Source: Verrucomicrobiia bacterium (GTDB taxonomy: Bacteria; Verrucomicrobiota; Verrucomicrobiia; Limisphaerales; SXQI01). Taken from it: a stretch of 64,000 nucleotides of DNA. The first letter of the stretch is position 1. The number at the start of each line of letters is the position of its first letter. This document shows, piece by piece, positions 53,789-63,848 of this stretch. The notes under the pieces were generated by a model, which was given only the letters and a program-made list of their open reading frames with translations, was not told the DNA's origin and ran no database searches. The stretch covers positions 33,738 through 97,737 of the forward strand of contig DASVNK010000022.1 of the NCBI GenBank assembly GCA_036383895.1, written 5' to 3'. The position numbers and the translations under genes are program-made.

Positions 53789-55006
53789 ATGAATCGTCGT
53801 CATTTCCTTGGCGCGCTGGCCAGCAGCGCCGCGGTAACTTCCGTTGCGCAGGTTGCGAATTCTGCGCCGACACCATCGCGCTCGGAGAAGATATCGCTGA
53901 CGCGCACGCCGCTGGTTCTGATGGCGCCGCGGGAGGACGGTTGCGAGGCGATTTGGGGAGTGAACCAGCTTTCGAAAGGGCGGATTGAGTGGGAAGGCGA
54001 AGATGGAACGAAGGGAGTAATTGGAAGGGATCATTTTGGTTTTGTGCCGCAATCGGACGATGTCTTAAGGATCCGGCTTGAGGGATTCAAGGCGGGTAAG
54101 AACTACAGGGTAAGATCAGTGACTTCGGAGACGAATGCAATCGCGCCTGGGACCGCCACCGTCCGCGAACAAGTAAGCGAATGGAAAACGTTTCAGACGC
54201 TGAATTCGAGCGCTGCTTCCACGAAGTTCGTGGTTTGGAATGACACGCACGTTAACAACGAGACGATTCAAAAGCTCGATGAGACCACGCCGGCGGCGGA
54301 TTTTTTGTTTTGGAATGGAGACACCTGCAATGATTGGAAGACGCCGGAGATTTTGGTGCCGACATTGTTGAATCCGGGCCAGCGCGACATTACGCAGGGA
54401 CGTCCGCTGTTTATCTCGTGGGGCAATCACGATTCGCGGGGGCAACATGCGTTCGAAATGCCACGGGTGGTTGCGACGCCGAACAACCGGCCGTTCTACG
54501 GTTTCCGATCTGGGCTGGTGGCGGCCATCTGTTTGCATACCGGTGAAGACAAACCGGACGATCATTTTAGTTTCGGTGGGCGGGTGGCCTTTGATGCACT
54601 CCGTCGGGAACAGTCCGACTGGCTTGCGGATGTGATTCGCGAACCTGCATTTCGCGATGCGCCGTATCGCATTGTGTTTTGTCATATTCCGCTGCGGTGG
54701 ACTAAGGAGGAAGTGCCGGATCATGCCAAGGGCGGGTTCGACCATGTGAGTTTGCGGAGCCGCGAGGCGTGGCACAAATCTCTCGTCGATTGGAAAACGC
54801 AGCTCATTATTTCAGGGCACACGCATCGGAACGCTTTAATCGAGGCGAACGATCAATTTCCTTACGCCCAAGTGACCGGCGGTGGGCCTGCGCCGAAAGC
54901 GGCGACCTGGATGCAGGCGGAGGCGGACGGCAAAGAATTCAATTTGGCGGTGCACGGATTGGACGGCGCGACGCGGCACGAGTTCAAGGTGCGGCCGCTG
55001 GTTTAG
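53789..55006 (+). CDS. Tat-exported calcineurin-like metallophosphoesterase
   Basis: MNRRHFLGALASSAAV signal. Metallophosphoesterase motifs VVWNDTH, NGDTCND, WGNHD, CHIPL, SGHTHRN. Confidence 0.8.
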   Translation: MNRRHFLGALASSAAVTSVAQVANSAPTPSRSEKISLTRTPLVLMAPREDGCEAIWGVNQLSKGRIEWEGEDGTKGVIGRDHFGFVPQSDDVLRIRLEGFKAGKNYRVRSVTSETNAIAPGTATVREQVSEWKTFQTLNSSAASTKFVVWNDTHVNNETIQKLDETTPAADFLFWNGDTCNDWKTPEILVPTLLNPGQRDITQGRPLFISWGNHDSRGQHAFEMPRVVATPNNRPFYGFRSGLVAAICLHTGEDKPDDHFSFGGRVAFDALRREQSDWLADVIREPAFRDAPYRIVFCHIPLRWTKEEVPDHAKGGFDHVSLRSREAWHKSLVDWKTQLIISGHTHRNALIEANDQFPYAQVTGGGPAPKAATWMQAEADGKEFNLAVHGLDGATRHEFKVRPLV

Positions 55007-55082
55007 CCTCCTCGTGAAAGCAGTTAAAGAACCGCGGCTTCCGGTCGCCCCGCGCTCGATTCAGAAGGGTAGCTCGTTGGCG

Positions 55083-55865
55083 ATGCTTCTGGATCGAGCA
55101 GCGATCGAGTGTCTCGCGGAAAACATTCTGCTCGTGCATCCAAAGTTCGACGCGTCCGCCTTTAAGCGCGCCGCAGGAGCCGGCTTGGGTGACTTGGCCA
55201 TTTTGCAGCGAGGACATCATCTGGCGTCCGCGCTTTTCGAGTATTTGCCGAAGCCGTACGTACGAGGGGTTGAGGTGTTAATTAACTCACTTACGCCGGC
55301 AATGACTGCGACAGACGATCTCGGTCTAGGCGGGTTCTTTTATTTGCCGCACGTTTTCTTTGTGGCTCGGTATGGACTTGATTCTGAACACAATGGCGGA
55401 CGAGATCCGTTCGACATATCAATGCGTGCGCAATACGAACTAACGAAGCGCTTCAGCGCCGAATTTTCGATTCGACACTTTCTGATTCGCTGGCCCGAGC
55501 GAACGATAACGCAATTGATGCAGTGGACGCGCGATCCTGATCCACATGTGCGGCGGCTTTGTTCGGAAGGTTCGCGACCGCGATTACCATGGGCGGTGCG
55601 GATACCTGCGTTCGTGAAAGATCCTCGGCCAGTGCTGCCGATTCTGGATGTGTTGAAGGATGATGCTGATCTTTACGTTCGGCGCAGTGTGGCAAACCAT
55701 GTCGGGGACATCGCGAAGGATCATCCGCAATTAGCTTTTGATATTTGTGAGCGCTGGCTGGAAGGGGCGTCGGCGGAACGGAAGTGGATGATTCGTCACG
55801 CAGTACGGCATCCTGCGAAGAAGGGCGTGAAGGCGGCATGGCGGTTGCGCAAGCTGGCAAAATAG
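55083..55865 (+). CDS. DNA alkylation repair (AlkC/AlkD-like HEAT) protein
   Basis: ..DPDPHVRRLCSEGSRPRLPWA.., ..DADLYVRRSVANHVGDIAKDHP... Alternative GTG start at 55014. The track ORF start (54882) overlaps the upstream gene. Confidence 0.7.
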   Translation: MLLDRAAIECLAENILLVHPKFDASAFKRAAGAGLGDLAILQRGHHLASALFEYLPKPYVRGVEVLINSLTPAMTATDDLGLGGFFYLPHVFFVARYGLDSEHNGGRDPFDISMRAQYELTKRFSAEFSIRHFLIRWPERTITQLMQWTRDPDPHVRRLCSEGSRPRLPWAVRIPAFVKDPRPVLPILDVLKDDADLYVRRSVANHVGDIAKDHPQLAFDICERWLEGASAERKWMIRHAVRHPAKKGVKAAWRLRKLAK

Positions 55866-55889
55866 GACGGTCGTTGCTGGACTTACGAA

Positions 55890-56258
55890 TTGAGTTCGCT
55901 AAGTTTCGCGGGCCCGCAAATTAGAAGGGGAATGAGAAGCGTTGTGAAGAATCCAGTGGCTTTGTTGCGCAACCTGGCGCTCATCGAAGGTATTTCGTGG
56001 CTGGTGCTGCTGTTCGTCGCAATGCCTTTGAAATACATCTGGGACAGGCCAGAAGCCGTGCGGGTGGTGGGAATGGCACACGGAATTCTCTTTTGTCTCC
56101 TGTGCGCCTGGCTTCTTTACACATCCGTCGCGGCGAAGTGGCCGCTCAGTCGCGCGGGATTGATTTTTCTCGCCGCGCTGATTCCTTTCGGGCCGTGGTT
56201 GGTGGATCGGCGAATGAAGAGTTACGAAGCTGAGTATTCCGCTGAAAAATCCGCTTAG
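55890..56258 (+). CDS. DUF3817-family membrane protein
   Basis: ..LRNLALIEGISWLVLLFVAMPLKYIWDRPEAVRVVGMAHGILFCLL.. is the DUF3817 pattern. A possible later start is MRSVVKN (55929). Confidence 0.65.
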   Translation: MSSLSFAGPQIRRGMRSVVKNPVALLRNLALIEGISWLVLLFVAMPLKYIWDRPEAVRVVGMAHGILFCLLCAWLLYTSVAAKWPLSRAGLIFLAALIPFGPWLVDRRMKSYEAEYSAEKSA

Positions 56259-56629
56259 CCCAGGCCGCGTTCTTCCAAATCATCTTCATCCATGCCGAGG
56301 AAGTGGCCGAGTTCGTGCAGGTAAGTGGTGCGGACTTCGTCTTCGAAATCGATATGCTCTTCGAGGCAAAGTTCGTAGATCGGTCCGATGAAAATGAAGA
56401 GCGGTCCGAGAGTTTCTGAGAGATGATTTTCCTCGAAGCCATGGAATTGGCCGAGCATGTCGTCGTCGTCCGGCGGCCATTTTTCGAGGAGTGTGGCGAC
56501 TTTTTCGGCGTGTTCGAGGATGGGCGCGGGAAGTGAGACAATGGTTTTGTTGATGACCTTCGCCGCTCGATCGAGGAGGTCGTCCCAAGGGATATCGTCT
56601 GCCGAAGGTTCCAATTTCCCGGGCGACAT
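56255..56629 (-). CDS. Small zinc metallopeptidase-like protein (HExxH)
   Basis: C-terminal ..TYLHELGHFLGMDEDDLEERG... Start taken at MSPGKLE (56629), which overlaps the upstream stop by 1 nt (TAATG). Confidence 0.7.
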   Translation of the reverse strand: MSPGKLEPSADDIPWDDLLDRAAKVINKTIVSLPAPILEHAEKVATLLEKWPPDDDDMLGQFHGFEENHLSETLGPLFIFIGPIYELCLEEHIDFEDEVRTTYLHELGHFLGMDEDDLEERGLG

Positions 56630-57423
56630 TATTTCAAAACGCTGCTGTGGTCGCGCAGCCATTCAAAGTCGGTGCGCGGGTTCGCGTCGAAGCTGCCACC
56701 GACCGCGCCGCGGAGAGGCGGGCGCGTAGTTCCGGCGGGGCCGCGGACCTGCCAGCGGTGCGGTTCGACATGGCCATCCGTGAACGACATGCTCGCGGCG
56801 CCGTAATGGAATGAACCAGGCAAGTTGCCCCACTTGAATTCGTGGAACCGGTTCATGAAGAAACCGTCGTTCAACGTGTCCGGATGTTCATCGATGAAAA
56901 GAAAGGTGTCGCTCGGTGTGACGAGGTCGCTGCTCGCGAAGTTTTGCCGCCAGGTGGGATTGAATTGATTCGTGAGTTCGCCAGGGTCTCCGACCAGGTG
57001 GTTCATGGCCATGCTGCGGAGCCGAGCGCCGTTATCGGCGAGTGATTGGTCGCTGGGGCATTTGTAAACGCCGACGTTGCCGCCGGTGTATTTTCCCAAA
57101 AGCGCTTCGGTGATGAGCGCCTTGTTGGTGTTGTCTGGCATGGAACCCCAGGACTGAACTGAATTCACCCAGTTGTTGTGCTCCGCTGCGGTTTGGCCGA
57201 TCCCGTGATTGTTCACGAAGCGATCGTCTGAATCCGCCGCATAGAGCTGCCAGCCCAGAGTGAGTTGTTTGACGTTGTTGCTGCAGGTGACCGCCTTGGC
57301 TCTTTCTTTGGCTTTGCTGAGCGCTGGAAGGAGCATGCCGGCGAGAATCGCGATAATCGCGATCACGACGAGGAGTTCGATGAGCGTGAAAGCCGAAGAA
57401 CGGTTGCGGGGTGCTGAATGCAT
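56629..57423 (-). CDS. Prepilin-type N-terminal cleavage/methylation protein, DUF1559 / H-X9-DG family
   Basis: [27 protein letters not shown]-terminal H-X9-DG ([13 protein letters not shown]). Start taken at MHSAPRN (57423). Confidence 0.85.
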   Translation of the reverse strand: MHSAPRNRSSAFTLIELLVVIAIIAILAGMLLPALSKAKERAKAVTCSNNVKQLTLGWQLYAADSDDRFVNNHGIGQTAAEHNNWVNSVQSWGSMPDNTNKALITEALLGKYTGGNVGVYKCPSDQSLADNGARLRSMAMNHLVGDPGELTNQFNPTWRQNFASSDLVTPSDTFLFIDEHPDTLNDGFFMNRFHEFKWGNLPGSFHYGAASMSFTDGHVEPHRWQVRGPAGTTRPPLRGAVGGSFDANPRTDFEWLRDHSSVLK

Positions 57424-57535
57424 CAAGTTATTTGCCAATATTGCGGCGTTGAATGAGCAAATGCCAAATACCAAATTTGAAGGAATGACCGAAGCACCAA
57501 TCCACCCGGGACTCCTCACGTCGTTCTCTACAAGC

Positions 57536-57563
57536 AAAAAGCAGGCTTTGCAGCCTGCTTTTG
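57536..57563 (-). terminator. Rho-independent terminator (symmetric)
   Basis: AAAAGCAGGC-TTTGCA-GCCTGCTTTT, 27 nt downstream of the PUR-like gene end (57590) on the minus strand. Confidence 0.6.
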
Positions 57564-57589
57564 AAAGAGGAGTTCGACTGTGAAGTCGT

Positions 57590-57934
57590 TTAGTCCTGCG
57601 GCATCTTGGGCGGAGTATCGCCGGAGGATTTCACCATCTCGTCGACGATGCGGCGAAAATCCTCCAACCCGGTCGCCGGGATGATGATGGTATCGCGTCG
57701 ACCGTTCACGTCTTCGGTGATGCGAAGGAATCGGCCGCGGGGATTCTCCTTCAAGGTGAAAAGAAAAGTCTTCCGTTCGATCTGCACTTTGTCGCTGCGT
57801 AAAGTATCCTCGACCACCGCGGGCTTTTGAGAGTGTCCCCCTGAGTACCCAGAGTGTCCCGAGTGGCTATGGCCGCCGCCGTGGCCGCCGTAGCCTTTGT
57901 TGCCATAAGGCGATGGACGTTCGTTTGATATCAT
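57590..57934 (-). CDS. PUR-alpha-like (DUF3276) nucleic-acid-binding protein with Gly/His/Ser-rich N-terminus
   Basis: ..[53 protein letters not shown].. is a single PUR repeat pattern. The N-terminus is [22 protein letters not shown]. Confidence 0.7.
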   Translation of the reverse strand: MISNERPSPYGNKGYGGHGGGHSHSGHSGYSGGHSQKPAVVEDTLRSDKVQIERKTFLFTLKENPRGRFLRITEDVNGRRDTIIIPATGLEDFRRIVDEMVKSSGDTPPKMPQD

Positions 57935-58068
57935 ATGCCGTGTAATCCGTGGCGCGATGTCACGCCTATGGTAAAGACATGTATCGAGGCGTGTTTGTCA
58001 ACCTGAAGCTGTTGTAAACCCGCGTCTTCCCGCATGTTTCCCTTTGTGGCGCTATCCCGCAAACCGTT

Positions 58069-58593
58069 CTAAACCGTGAAGCGTTGCACGCTCGTAAAAC
58101 GAGCAGTGTTAACTGGCTTCGTTACCTGCCAAAGATACACCAGAACCGCGGGGATTACGAGCAAATTAAATATGCTGGAGGTCGCGTGCAAAATGCGGAA
58201 GGAGCGAGTGGCGGATTCTTTAACCTCTACGGTGGTTTGCGGGGAGTAGCGTTTGATGTGCAATTCCTTCATCCGCGGATGCATCACGTAAGCGCCGAGG
58301 ATATTCACGAGGAAGAGGCCGACCAGAACGAGCAGCGTAATCCGACCGAAAGGACGTCCGCTATAGAGCCATTCAGCGATCAGGTGTGCGACCGCAATTC
58401 CAGCGCACCAAAGTTGAACCAGGAAGTAACGGTAAACGAGAATTTGCGCTGCCGCTCCGGCGTGAGGTCGGCCGAGCAGGCGCAGCATCTCATCGGAAAA
58501 GAAGGCGGTCGCCCCGGCGAAAGTGAAAAAGATGACTGTTCCCACCCACACTGCGGCGTTCAGGATTCCGATTAGGCGAAGAAACCCGAGCAC
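58069..58593 (-). CDS. Integral membrane protein (DUF4149-like)
   Basis: Four hydrophobic helices (NAAVWVGTVIFFTFAGATAFF; YRYFLVQLWCAGIAVAHLIAEW; LLVLVGLFLVNILGAYV; IFNLLVIPAVLVYLW). Confidence 0.5.
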   Translation of the reverse strand: MLGFLRLIGILNAAVWVGTVIFFTFAGATAFFSDEMLRLLGRPHAGAAAQILVYRYFLVQLWCAGIAVAHLIAEWLYSGRPFGRITLLVLVGLFLVNILGAYVMHPRMKELHIKRYSPQTTVEVKESATRSFRILHATSSIFNLLVIPAVLVYLWQVTKPVNTARFTSVQRFTV

Positions 58594-58711
58594 CGGGCGA
58601 GTTTAGGGAAAACTCCTCCAGTGCCAAGCCGTTCTTCCGGTGGAGGATCAAAGATTCGAAATGAACGCGGTCAGTGCGCTCGGAAATTGATGGATCGGCC
58701 GGCCCCATTTT

Positions 58712-59182
58712 CTACTTCTTTTGCGAGTTTTTCATCGCCGCGCCGATCGTCTCGACGAGACGATTCATATCAAACGGCTTGAACAAAGTGAGCGCGCGAA
58801 CCTTCTTAATGAACTCGGCGACCTTGGGATTGTTTTGGTGCCCGGTGATGAAAATGAACCGGCGGGCGAGATGCGGCTTCACGCGTTCAACACCAATGTA
58901 AAACATGTCCCCGGGAAGGTTCGGCATGAGTAGATCGCAGATAATGACGTCGAAGTCCTTCTCCATGACCCGCTTCATCCCTTGAACGCCGTCGCTCGCA
59001 ATACTGACGTCATAATCGAACGATTCGAGGTACTCCTTCACGATCTGGGCGAACTGCGCATCATCTTCCACCAGAAGGATATGTCGACCTTGCGCGGCGA
59101 GTTCGGCCTCGACGTCGTAAACTTGAGGGCTGACGTTTCTAAATCGGTCCATACAACCAAGGAATGCTATCGGCAGAATCAC
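58712..59182 (-). CDS. Stand-alone response-regulator receiver protein
   Basis: HILLVEDDAQF..., DVIICDLLMPNLPG, ..FIFITGH.., ..LFKPFD... A possible later start is MDRFRN (59152). Confidence 0.75.
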   Translation of the reverse strand: MILPIAFLGCMDRFRNVSPQVYDVEAELAAQGRHILLVEDDAQFAQIVKEYLESFDYDVSIASDGVQGMKRVMEKDFDVIICDLLMPNLPGDMFYIGVERVKPHLARRFIFITGHQNNPKVAEFIKKVRALTLFKPFDMNRLVETIGAAMKNSQKK

Positions 59183-59236
59183 GGCAATTTTGAGTAAATT
59201 CTTGAGCTTCAGGGCTGATCGCGCTTTGCTGAAGCC

Positions 59237-60256
59237 GTGACTCCAAGCCGGTTAGACCAGATTACAGCTGCCTATTCCAAGCTGCGGATAGGGCTGATTG
59301 GCGACATTTGCCTGGATCGCTACTTCGAGATTGATCCAAGGCTTCAGGAAGTTTCCATCGAGACGAACCTACCCGTCCACAACGTCGTGCGGGTGCGCTG
59401 CCAACCGGGTGCCGGCGGGACGATTTTGAACAATCTCGTTGCGTTGGGGGTAGGTGCAATTTATCCCGCTGCGATCATCGGAACGGATGGGGAGGGGTAT
59501 GAATTAAAACGCGCTTTGGAGCGGCTAAAAGGCGTGCGGTTGGACCACCTCGTGGAATCACCAGAGCGGCATACCTTCACCTATTCTAAGCCGCTCCTGA
59601 TGCACAAGAACTGTGCGCCCGAGGAACTTAGTCGGCTCGACACGAAGAATTGGTCGCCGACACCGGATGACCTTCAGCAGAGGATCGCGGAATCTGTGTA
59701 TGTATTGGCGAAAGACGTCGATGCACTCATTTTGCTGGATCAAGTGGATATTGCCGAAACAGGCGTGGTAACGCGCAAGGTGCTGGAGGCGGTCAGAGCC
59801 GTTGCGAACGCGAATCCCGATTTGCTGATTCTGGCCGACAGTCGGAGAAGTTTGCGCGGTTATCCACCGGTCGCGTTAAAGATGAACGCGGTGGAACTAG
59901 GGTTGTTCTTTGATACGAATCGCGCGCTGTCCGTTGAAGAAGTCCAGGGGAAGGCGCTCACGCTCGCAGCGGAATATAAGAGGCACGTGTTTGTCACCAT
60001 GTCAGAGCGCGGCATCGTTGGGGCGCATCAAGGACGAGCGGAAATTGTCCCCTCTTTGCCATTGCGCGGCGATATTGATATTGTGGGGGCTGGAGATTCT
60101 GTGACTGCAAACCTCACCACCGCTTTAAGTGCCGGAGCAGATTTAAAAGAAGCGCTGGAGGTTGCTCAACTCGCCGCTTCTATCGTTATCCATCAGTTGG
60201 GTACGACCGGCACCGCTAGCCCTAATCAATTTAAACAGCTCCTGGAGAATAATTAA
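59237..60256 (+). CDS. PfkB-family carbohydrate kinase (RfaE/HldE domain-I-like)
   Basis: ..IGLIGDICLDRY.., C-terminal ..DIVGAGDSVTANL.. (GAGD anion hole). Confidence 0.75.
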   Translation: MTPSRLDQITAAYSKLRIGLIGDICLDRYFEIDPRLQEVSIETNLPVHNVVRVRCQPGAGGTILNNLVALGVGAIYPAAIIGTDGEGYELKRALERLKGVRLDHLVESPERHTFTYSKPLLMHKNCAPEELSRLDTKNWSPTPDDLQQRIAESVYVLAKDVDALILLDQVDIAETGVVTRKVLEAVRAVANANPDLLILADSRRSLRGYPPVALKMNAVELGLFFDTNRALSVEEVQGKALTLAAEYKRHVFVTMSERGIVGAHQGRAEIVPSLPLRGDIDIVGAGDSVTANLTTALSAGADLKEALEVAQLAASIVIHQLGTTGTASPNQFKQLLENN

Positions 60257-61651
60257 ATGCGAAGTTCCAAAAACCACGTCGGCAGTCTTACTCGAAACCT
60301 CGTTCTCATATTGTTCCTTTCGCTCGCTGCAACGAATTCGCTGGCGCAGGACACCAATTGGAAAGCGCTTTTCAATGGGAAGGACTTGGAAGGCTGGGTA
60401 ACGAATGATTTCGCGGGCACGGGTGAGGTGCGGGTCGAAGAAGGGAAAATAGTAATTGGGACGGGCGTTGCGCTCACGGGGATTAAACGGAAGGAAGCGC
60501 CGTTCAAATCAAATTACGAGGTCGAGGTCGAAGCGATGCGCCAGGATGGCGGGGATTTCTTCTGTGGGCTGACTTTCCCGGCGAAAGGTTCGCACGCCAC
60601 GTTGATCGTTGGCGGTTGGGGCGGTTCGCTGGTCGGAATCTCCAGTCTGGATGGAATGGATGCTTCGGAGAACGAGCACACCCAGTACATGCGGTTTGAA
60701 GATAAAAAGTGGTACACCATCCGTGTGCGTGTAACCGATAGTCGTATCCAGGTCTGGGTCGACAAGGACCGCATGATCGATGCCGATATTCGCGAGCGAC
60801 AAGTCAGCATGAGGGCAGGGGAGATCGAGGATTCGGCTCCGTTCGGGCTGGCGACATATCAAACCACCGCCGCCATCCGCGCGGTGAAAGTTCGCCAGAT
60901 TCCCAACTACATCCCACGCATCGCACTGATCGCGGGCAAAAAAAGTCACGGCCCGGGCGAACACGAATACAAGAAGGCTGTTAATCTCCTGGCGAAGAAG
61001 TTGGAGCAGCAACACGAATTCATCGACGTGCGCGTCTTCTACGACGGCTGGCCCACCGACGATGAAAACCTGCGCGATGCCAATACCATCGTTATCTACA
61101 GCGACGGCGCGGATAAAAAAGAGACGGATCATCCGGTCCTTATTGGTGGCCGAGCGAAGTATCTCGATTCGCTGATCGATAAAGGCGCGGGGATGGTAGC
61201 GCTTCATTACTCAACGATCGCTCCGCGGGAGAAACCCAACGCATCTTTCCTGAAATGGATTGGCGGTCACTTTGATTACGAAAGCGGCGACACCCCGAAC
61301 AAGTGGTTTTCAAAAATTGAGACGCGCGATTTTCAGGTTCATCTCGCCACGCCTGCCCACCCGATCGTTGCCGGGGTGAAACCGTTCAGTGTGAACGAAG
61401 AATTCTATTTCAAGCTCCGGTTCCCTGAGAACAAAGAGAAGCTCACACCGATTCTCACACTCGATCCGGAAAAGAAGGATTGGGAACGCGTCGTCGGTTG
61501 GGTGATCGAACGCCCGAACGGCAGCCGCGGCTTTGGTTACACTGGCGGGCACTTCTTAAAAAACTTCGAAGACGCGAACATTCAGCGAATGTTGCTCAAC
61601 GCGATTCTTTGGACGGCCAAAGCTGATTCCTATATCCCGAAACCTGAGTGA
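60257..61651 (+). CDS. Secreted DUF1080 (3-keto-disaccharide hydrolase-like) + ThuA-like domain protein
   Basis: Signal peptide. WKALFNGKDLEGWVTN...GEVRVEEGKIVIG (DUF1080). C-terminal ..IALIAGKKSHGPGEHEY...VVIYSDG..HY.. (ThuA-like). Starts immediately after the upstream stop. Confidence 0.7.
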   Translation: MRSSKNHVGSLTRNLVLILFLSLAATNSLAQDTNWKALFNGKDLEGWVTNDFAGTGEVRVEEGKIVIGTGVALTGIKRKEAPFKSNYEVEVEAMRQDGGDFFCGLTFPAKGSHATLIVGGWGGSLVGISSLDGMDASENEHTQYMRFEDKKWYTIRVRVTDSRIQVWVDKDRMIDADIRERQVSMRAGEIEDSAPFGLATYQTTAAIRAVKVRQIPNYIPRIALIAGKKSHGPGEHEYKKAVNLLAKKLEQQHEFIDVRVFYDGWPTDDENLRDANTIVIYSDGADKKETDHPVLIGGRAKYLDSLIDKGAGMVALHYSTIAPREKPNASFLKWIGGHFDYESGDTPNKWFSKIETRDFQVHLATPAHPIVAGVKPFSVNEEFYFKLRFPENKEKLTPILTLDPEKKDWERVVGWVIERPNGSRGFGYTGGHFLKNFEDANIQRMLLNAILWTAKADSYIPKPE

Positions 61652-61670
61652 GCAGCACGCGCTGTGCGCC

Positions 61671-62516
61671 CTATCGGCGTTCGTTGAAGGGGGTTCTCTC
61701 GCGTAGAAATACCTGCACCACCTTCGGATGTAATTCCTCAAGTTCCTGAGGCGACAGGCTGAGCAACTGCAGCGCGCGCGGATTTATGGATTCCAGTGGT
61801 GCCAGCCGGTCGTAAGGAAAACCGACCGCGCCGGCGAGATGATCCGCCAGATTGATCAACGCCGCGAAATTCAGATTGGGCGTCGAACCCATCACGCTGT
61901 GATGCAGCAGCAGAGCGTCCCGCATGTTGTCCGGGAATAGCCACTTCTTCAAGAGCTGTCCGCCAATGACTGCGTGATCGATTCGCCACTTCTGCGCCTC
62001 CAAAATGTAGAGGGGTTGTCCCTGGCGCGACTGCCTAATCATCTCCGCGTACTCCGGCCCTACTGTCTGGACCAGCCGCACCTTGCCCACATCGTGCAGC
62101 AGTCCAACGGTGAATGCGACTTCCGGATCGAAACCCTTCGCGTGCGCGAGCACCAACGCCGCCGCTGCGGTCGCCAGCGAATGATTCCATAGATCGACCC
62201 CTTCGAGCAGGTTGTCATGGCTCCCGGAATGTAAGATTGGCGCTGCGACCACTTTCGACGTGATCGTATAAACCTCACGCAAACCGAGCCGCTGGATTGC
62301 TTCCTGCACCGTCTGCGCCCGCACTCGAAACCCAAACGCCGCGCTGTTGCAGACCCGCAGAATGTCCGCCGTTAGCCCGCTATCAACCCGCACCACCTCC
62401 GCCAACTCATCCGTCGGATACTGGTTATCGCCGAGCAGCGGAAGCAGTTTCGGAAAAACCTGCACCCCTGGTGGGAAAAACGGTATCTGTTCAAGTTGTT
62501 CGGCCAGGTTGCTCAT
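61671..62516 (-). CDS. HDOD-domain signalling protein
   Basis: ..FPKLLPLLGDNQYPTDELAEVVRVDSGLTADILRVCNSAAFG.., ..GLLHDVGKV.. (HD-related). Confidence 0.85.
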   Translation of the reverse strand: MSNLAEQLEQIPFFPPGVQVFPKLLPLLGDNQYPTDELAEVVRVDSGLTADILRVCNSAAFGFRVRAQTVQEAIQRLGLREVYTITSKVVAAPILHSGSHDNLLEGVDLWNHSLATAAAALVLAHAKGFDPEVAFTVGLLHDVGKVRLVQTVGPEYAEMIRQSRQGQPLYILEAQKWRIDHAVIGGQLLKKWLFPDNMRDALLLHHSVMGSTPNLNFAALINLADHLAGAVGFPYDRLAPLESINPRALQLLSLSPQELEELHPKVVQVFLRERTPFNERR

Positions 62517-62654
62517 TACGGTCCTCAGCGGTCATCGGCGGACACGGCTACATCTGAAGCCCGTGTCCTTTCAAAGCGCACGTATTGTGGATGCAACCTC
62601 TGACAATTCAAGAGGCTAATCTGCCCGAGGCGTTGCGAGCATCGCCTAAAACGC

Positions 62655-62683
62655 AAAAACGGCCGGACCAAAGTCCGACCGCT
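62655..62683 (-). terminator. Rho-independent terminator
   Basis: Minus strand: CGGTCGGAC-TTTG-GTCCGGCCG followed by TTTTT, 27 nt downstream of the PEP-CTERM gene. Confidence 0.55.
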
Positions 62684-62709
62684 CGCAAATCATTGATGAG
62701 TTGAGCCTT

Positions 62710-63255
62710 CTATGCGGAACGCCGCCCAAATACTGCAAGGCTTCCCAATCCGAGGAGCATTAACAGTGCGCTCGCGCCGACATCCGGCACTCCGACAGCA
62801 CCGCCATAAATCGAAATGTGAGAAATTGCACCTTTTCCCGGCCAGAAACCGGTAAGATCCAGAGTTTCCTTTCCGTTCCATGTACTTAAGGAGAAAAGAT
62901 ACCAGGAAGGATCTTCATTCCCGCCTTTGACCAATAAGTAAGCTAAAGGCAAAACTGTGGGTCCGCTGATGTATTTTACCGTTGCAGCGGACGGGTCATT
63001 TGGCTTGTCCGTGAACGTCGTCTGATAGCTAGCCGCGAGGGAACCTTCCTCCAAAGCAACTAATCCTGTCTTCGGCACTTCCGCCTTATAGACCAAAGTG
63101 GAAGGGGCTACGAAGGGATTTACAATCGCGTATATTTCGCTTGCGCTGTTTTCCGGTCCGCTCCTGATCGCATCTCCCGGTTTAATTGAAATTGCCTGCG
63201 TCTGCAGGCAAATCAATGCTGCACCCAATAATTTTCCAACCGCACCCAACTTCAT
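62710..63255 (-). CDS. PEP-CTERM-anchored secreted protein
   Basis: Signal peptide MKLGAVGKLLGAALICLQTQA. C-terminal sorting signal VPDVGASALLMLLGLGSLAVFGRRSA. Confidence 0.75.
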   Translation of the reverse strand: MKLGAVGKLLGAALICLQTQAISIKPGDAIRSGPENSASEIYAIVNPFVAPSTLVYKAEVPKTGLVALEEGSLAASYQTTFTDKPNDPSAATVKYISGPTVLPLAYLLVKGGNEDPSWYLFSLSTWNGKETLDLTGFWPGKGAISHISIYGGAVGVPDVGASALLMLLGLGSLAVFGRRSA

Positions 63256-63346
63256 GTTTCTTTCCGATCAGCTTCAAAATCGAAACTAATCGCGAATCTA
63301 TAAGCAACCGCGATGCCAATGTTTAAACGACTCTCATTACGGCGCT

Positions 63347-63847
63347 GTGGGATACGAAAGTGGGTGTTGTGTAAAGCGGGTTTACAGTTGTGCGCCGGAA
63401 ATGGTTGCGAGCGTGTTGGAGATGCGCCACTTTTTGCGTATGAGCACGGAGGTGCCGGGGCAGGCGCAGTTGAAGCAGCAATTAAATGCGTTGAGGAGCA
63501 AATTGATCGTGCTGCATAAGGCGCTGATTGATTCGGAACGCGTTGAGTATGAGAAGTCGTTTGGGCCGCTGGAGACGCCGCAGCAGTTTTTGAAGGTGCT
63601 GATAAATGATCCGTGGTTTGCGTGGCTGCAACCGTTTTCCAGGATGGTGGTGACGATTGATGAAATGCTGGAGAGCGAGGAGCCCATCCCCGCGGACGAA
63701 GTGAAAGGTTTGATCGGGCGGGCGAGGACCTTGCTCGAGGTGAGGGAAGAGACGGACGATTCGCGGCGGAGTTATTTTGAAGCATTGCAGCGCGAGCCGG
63801 ATGTGATCCTGGCGCACGCCGAGGTGATGAAGGTTGTAAACGCATAG
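63347..63847 (+). CDS. Hypothetical helical protein
   Basis: ORF with protein-like composition (..LIVLHKALIDSERVEYEKSFGPLETPQQFLKVLINDPWFAWLQPF..). The true start is uncertain; several in-frame Met codons are present. Confidence 0.4.
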   Translation: MGYESGCCVKRVYSCAPEMVASVLEMRHFLRMSTEVPGQAQLKQQLNALRSKLIVLHKALIDSERVEYEKSFGPLETPQQFLKVLINDPWFAWLQPFSRMVVTIDEMLESEEPIPADEVKGLIGRARTLLEVREETDDSRRSYFEALQREPDVILAHAEVMKVVNA

Positions 63848-63848
63848 C

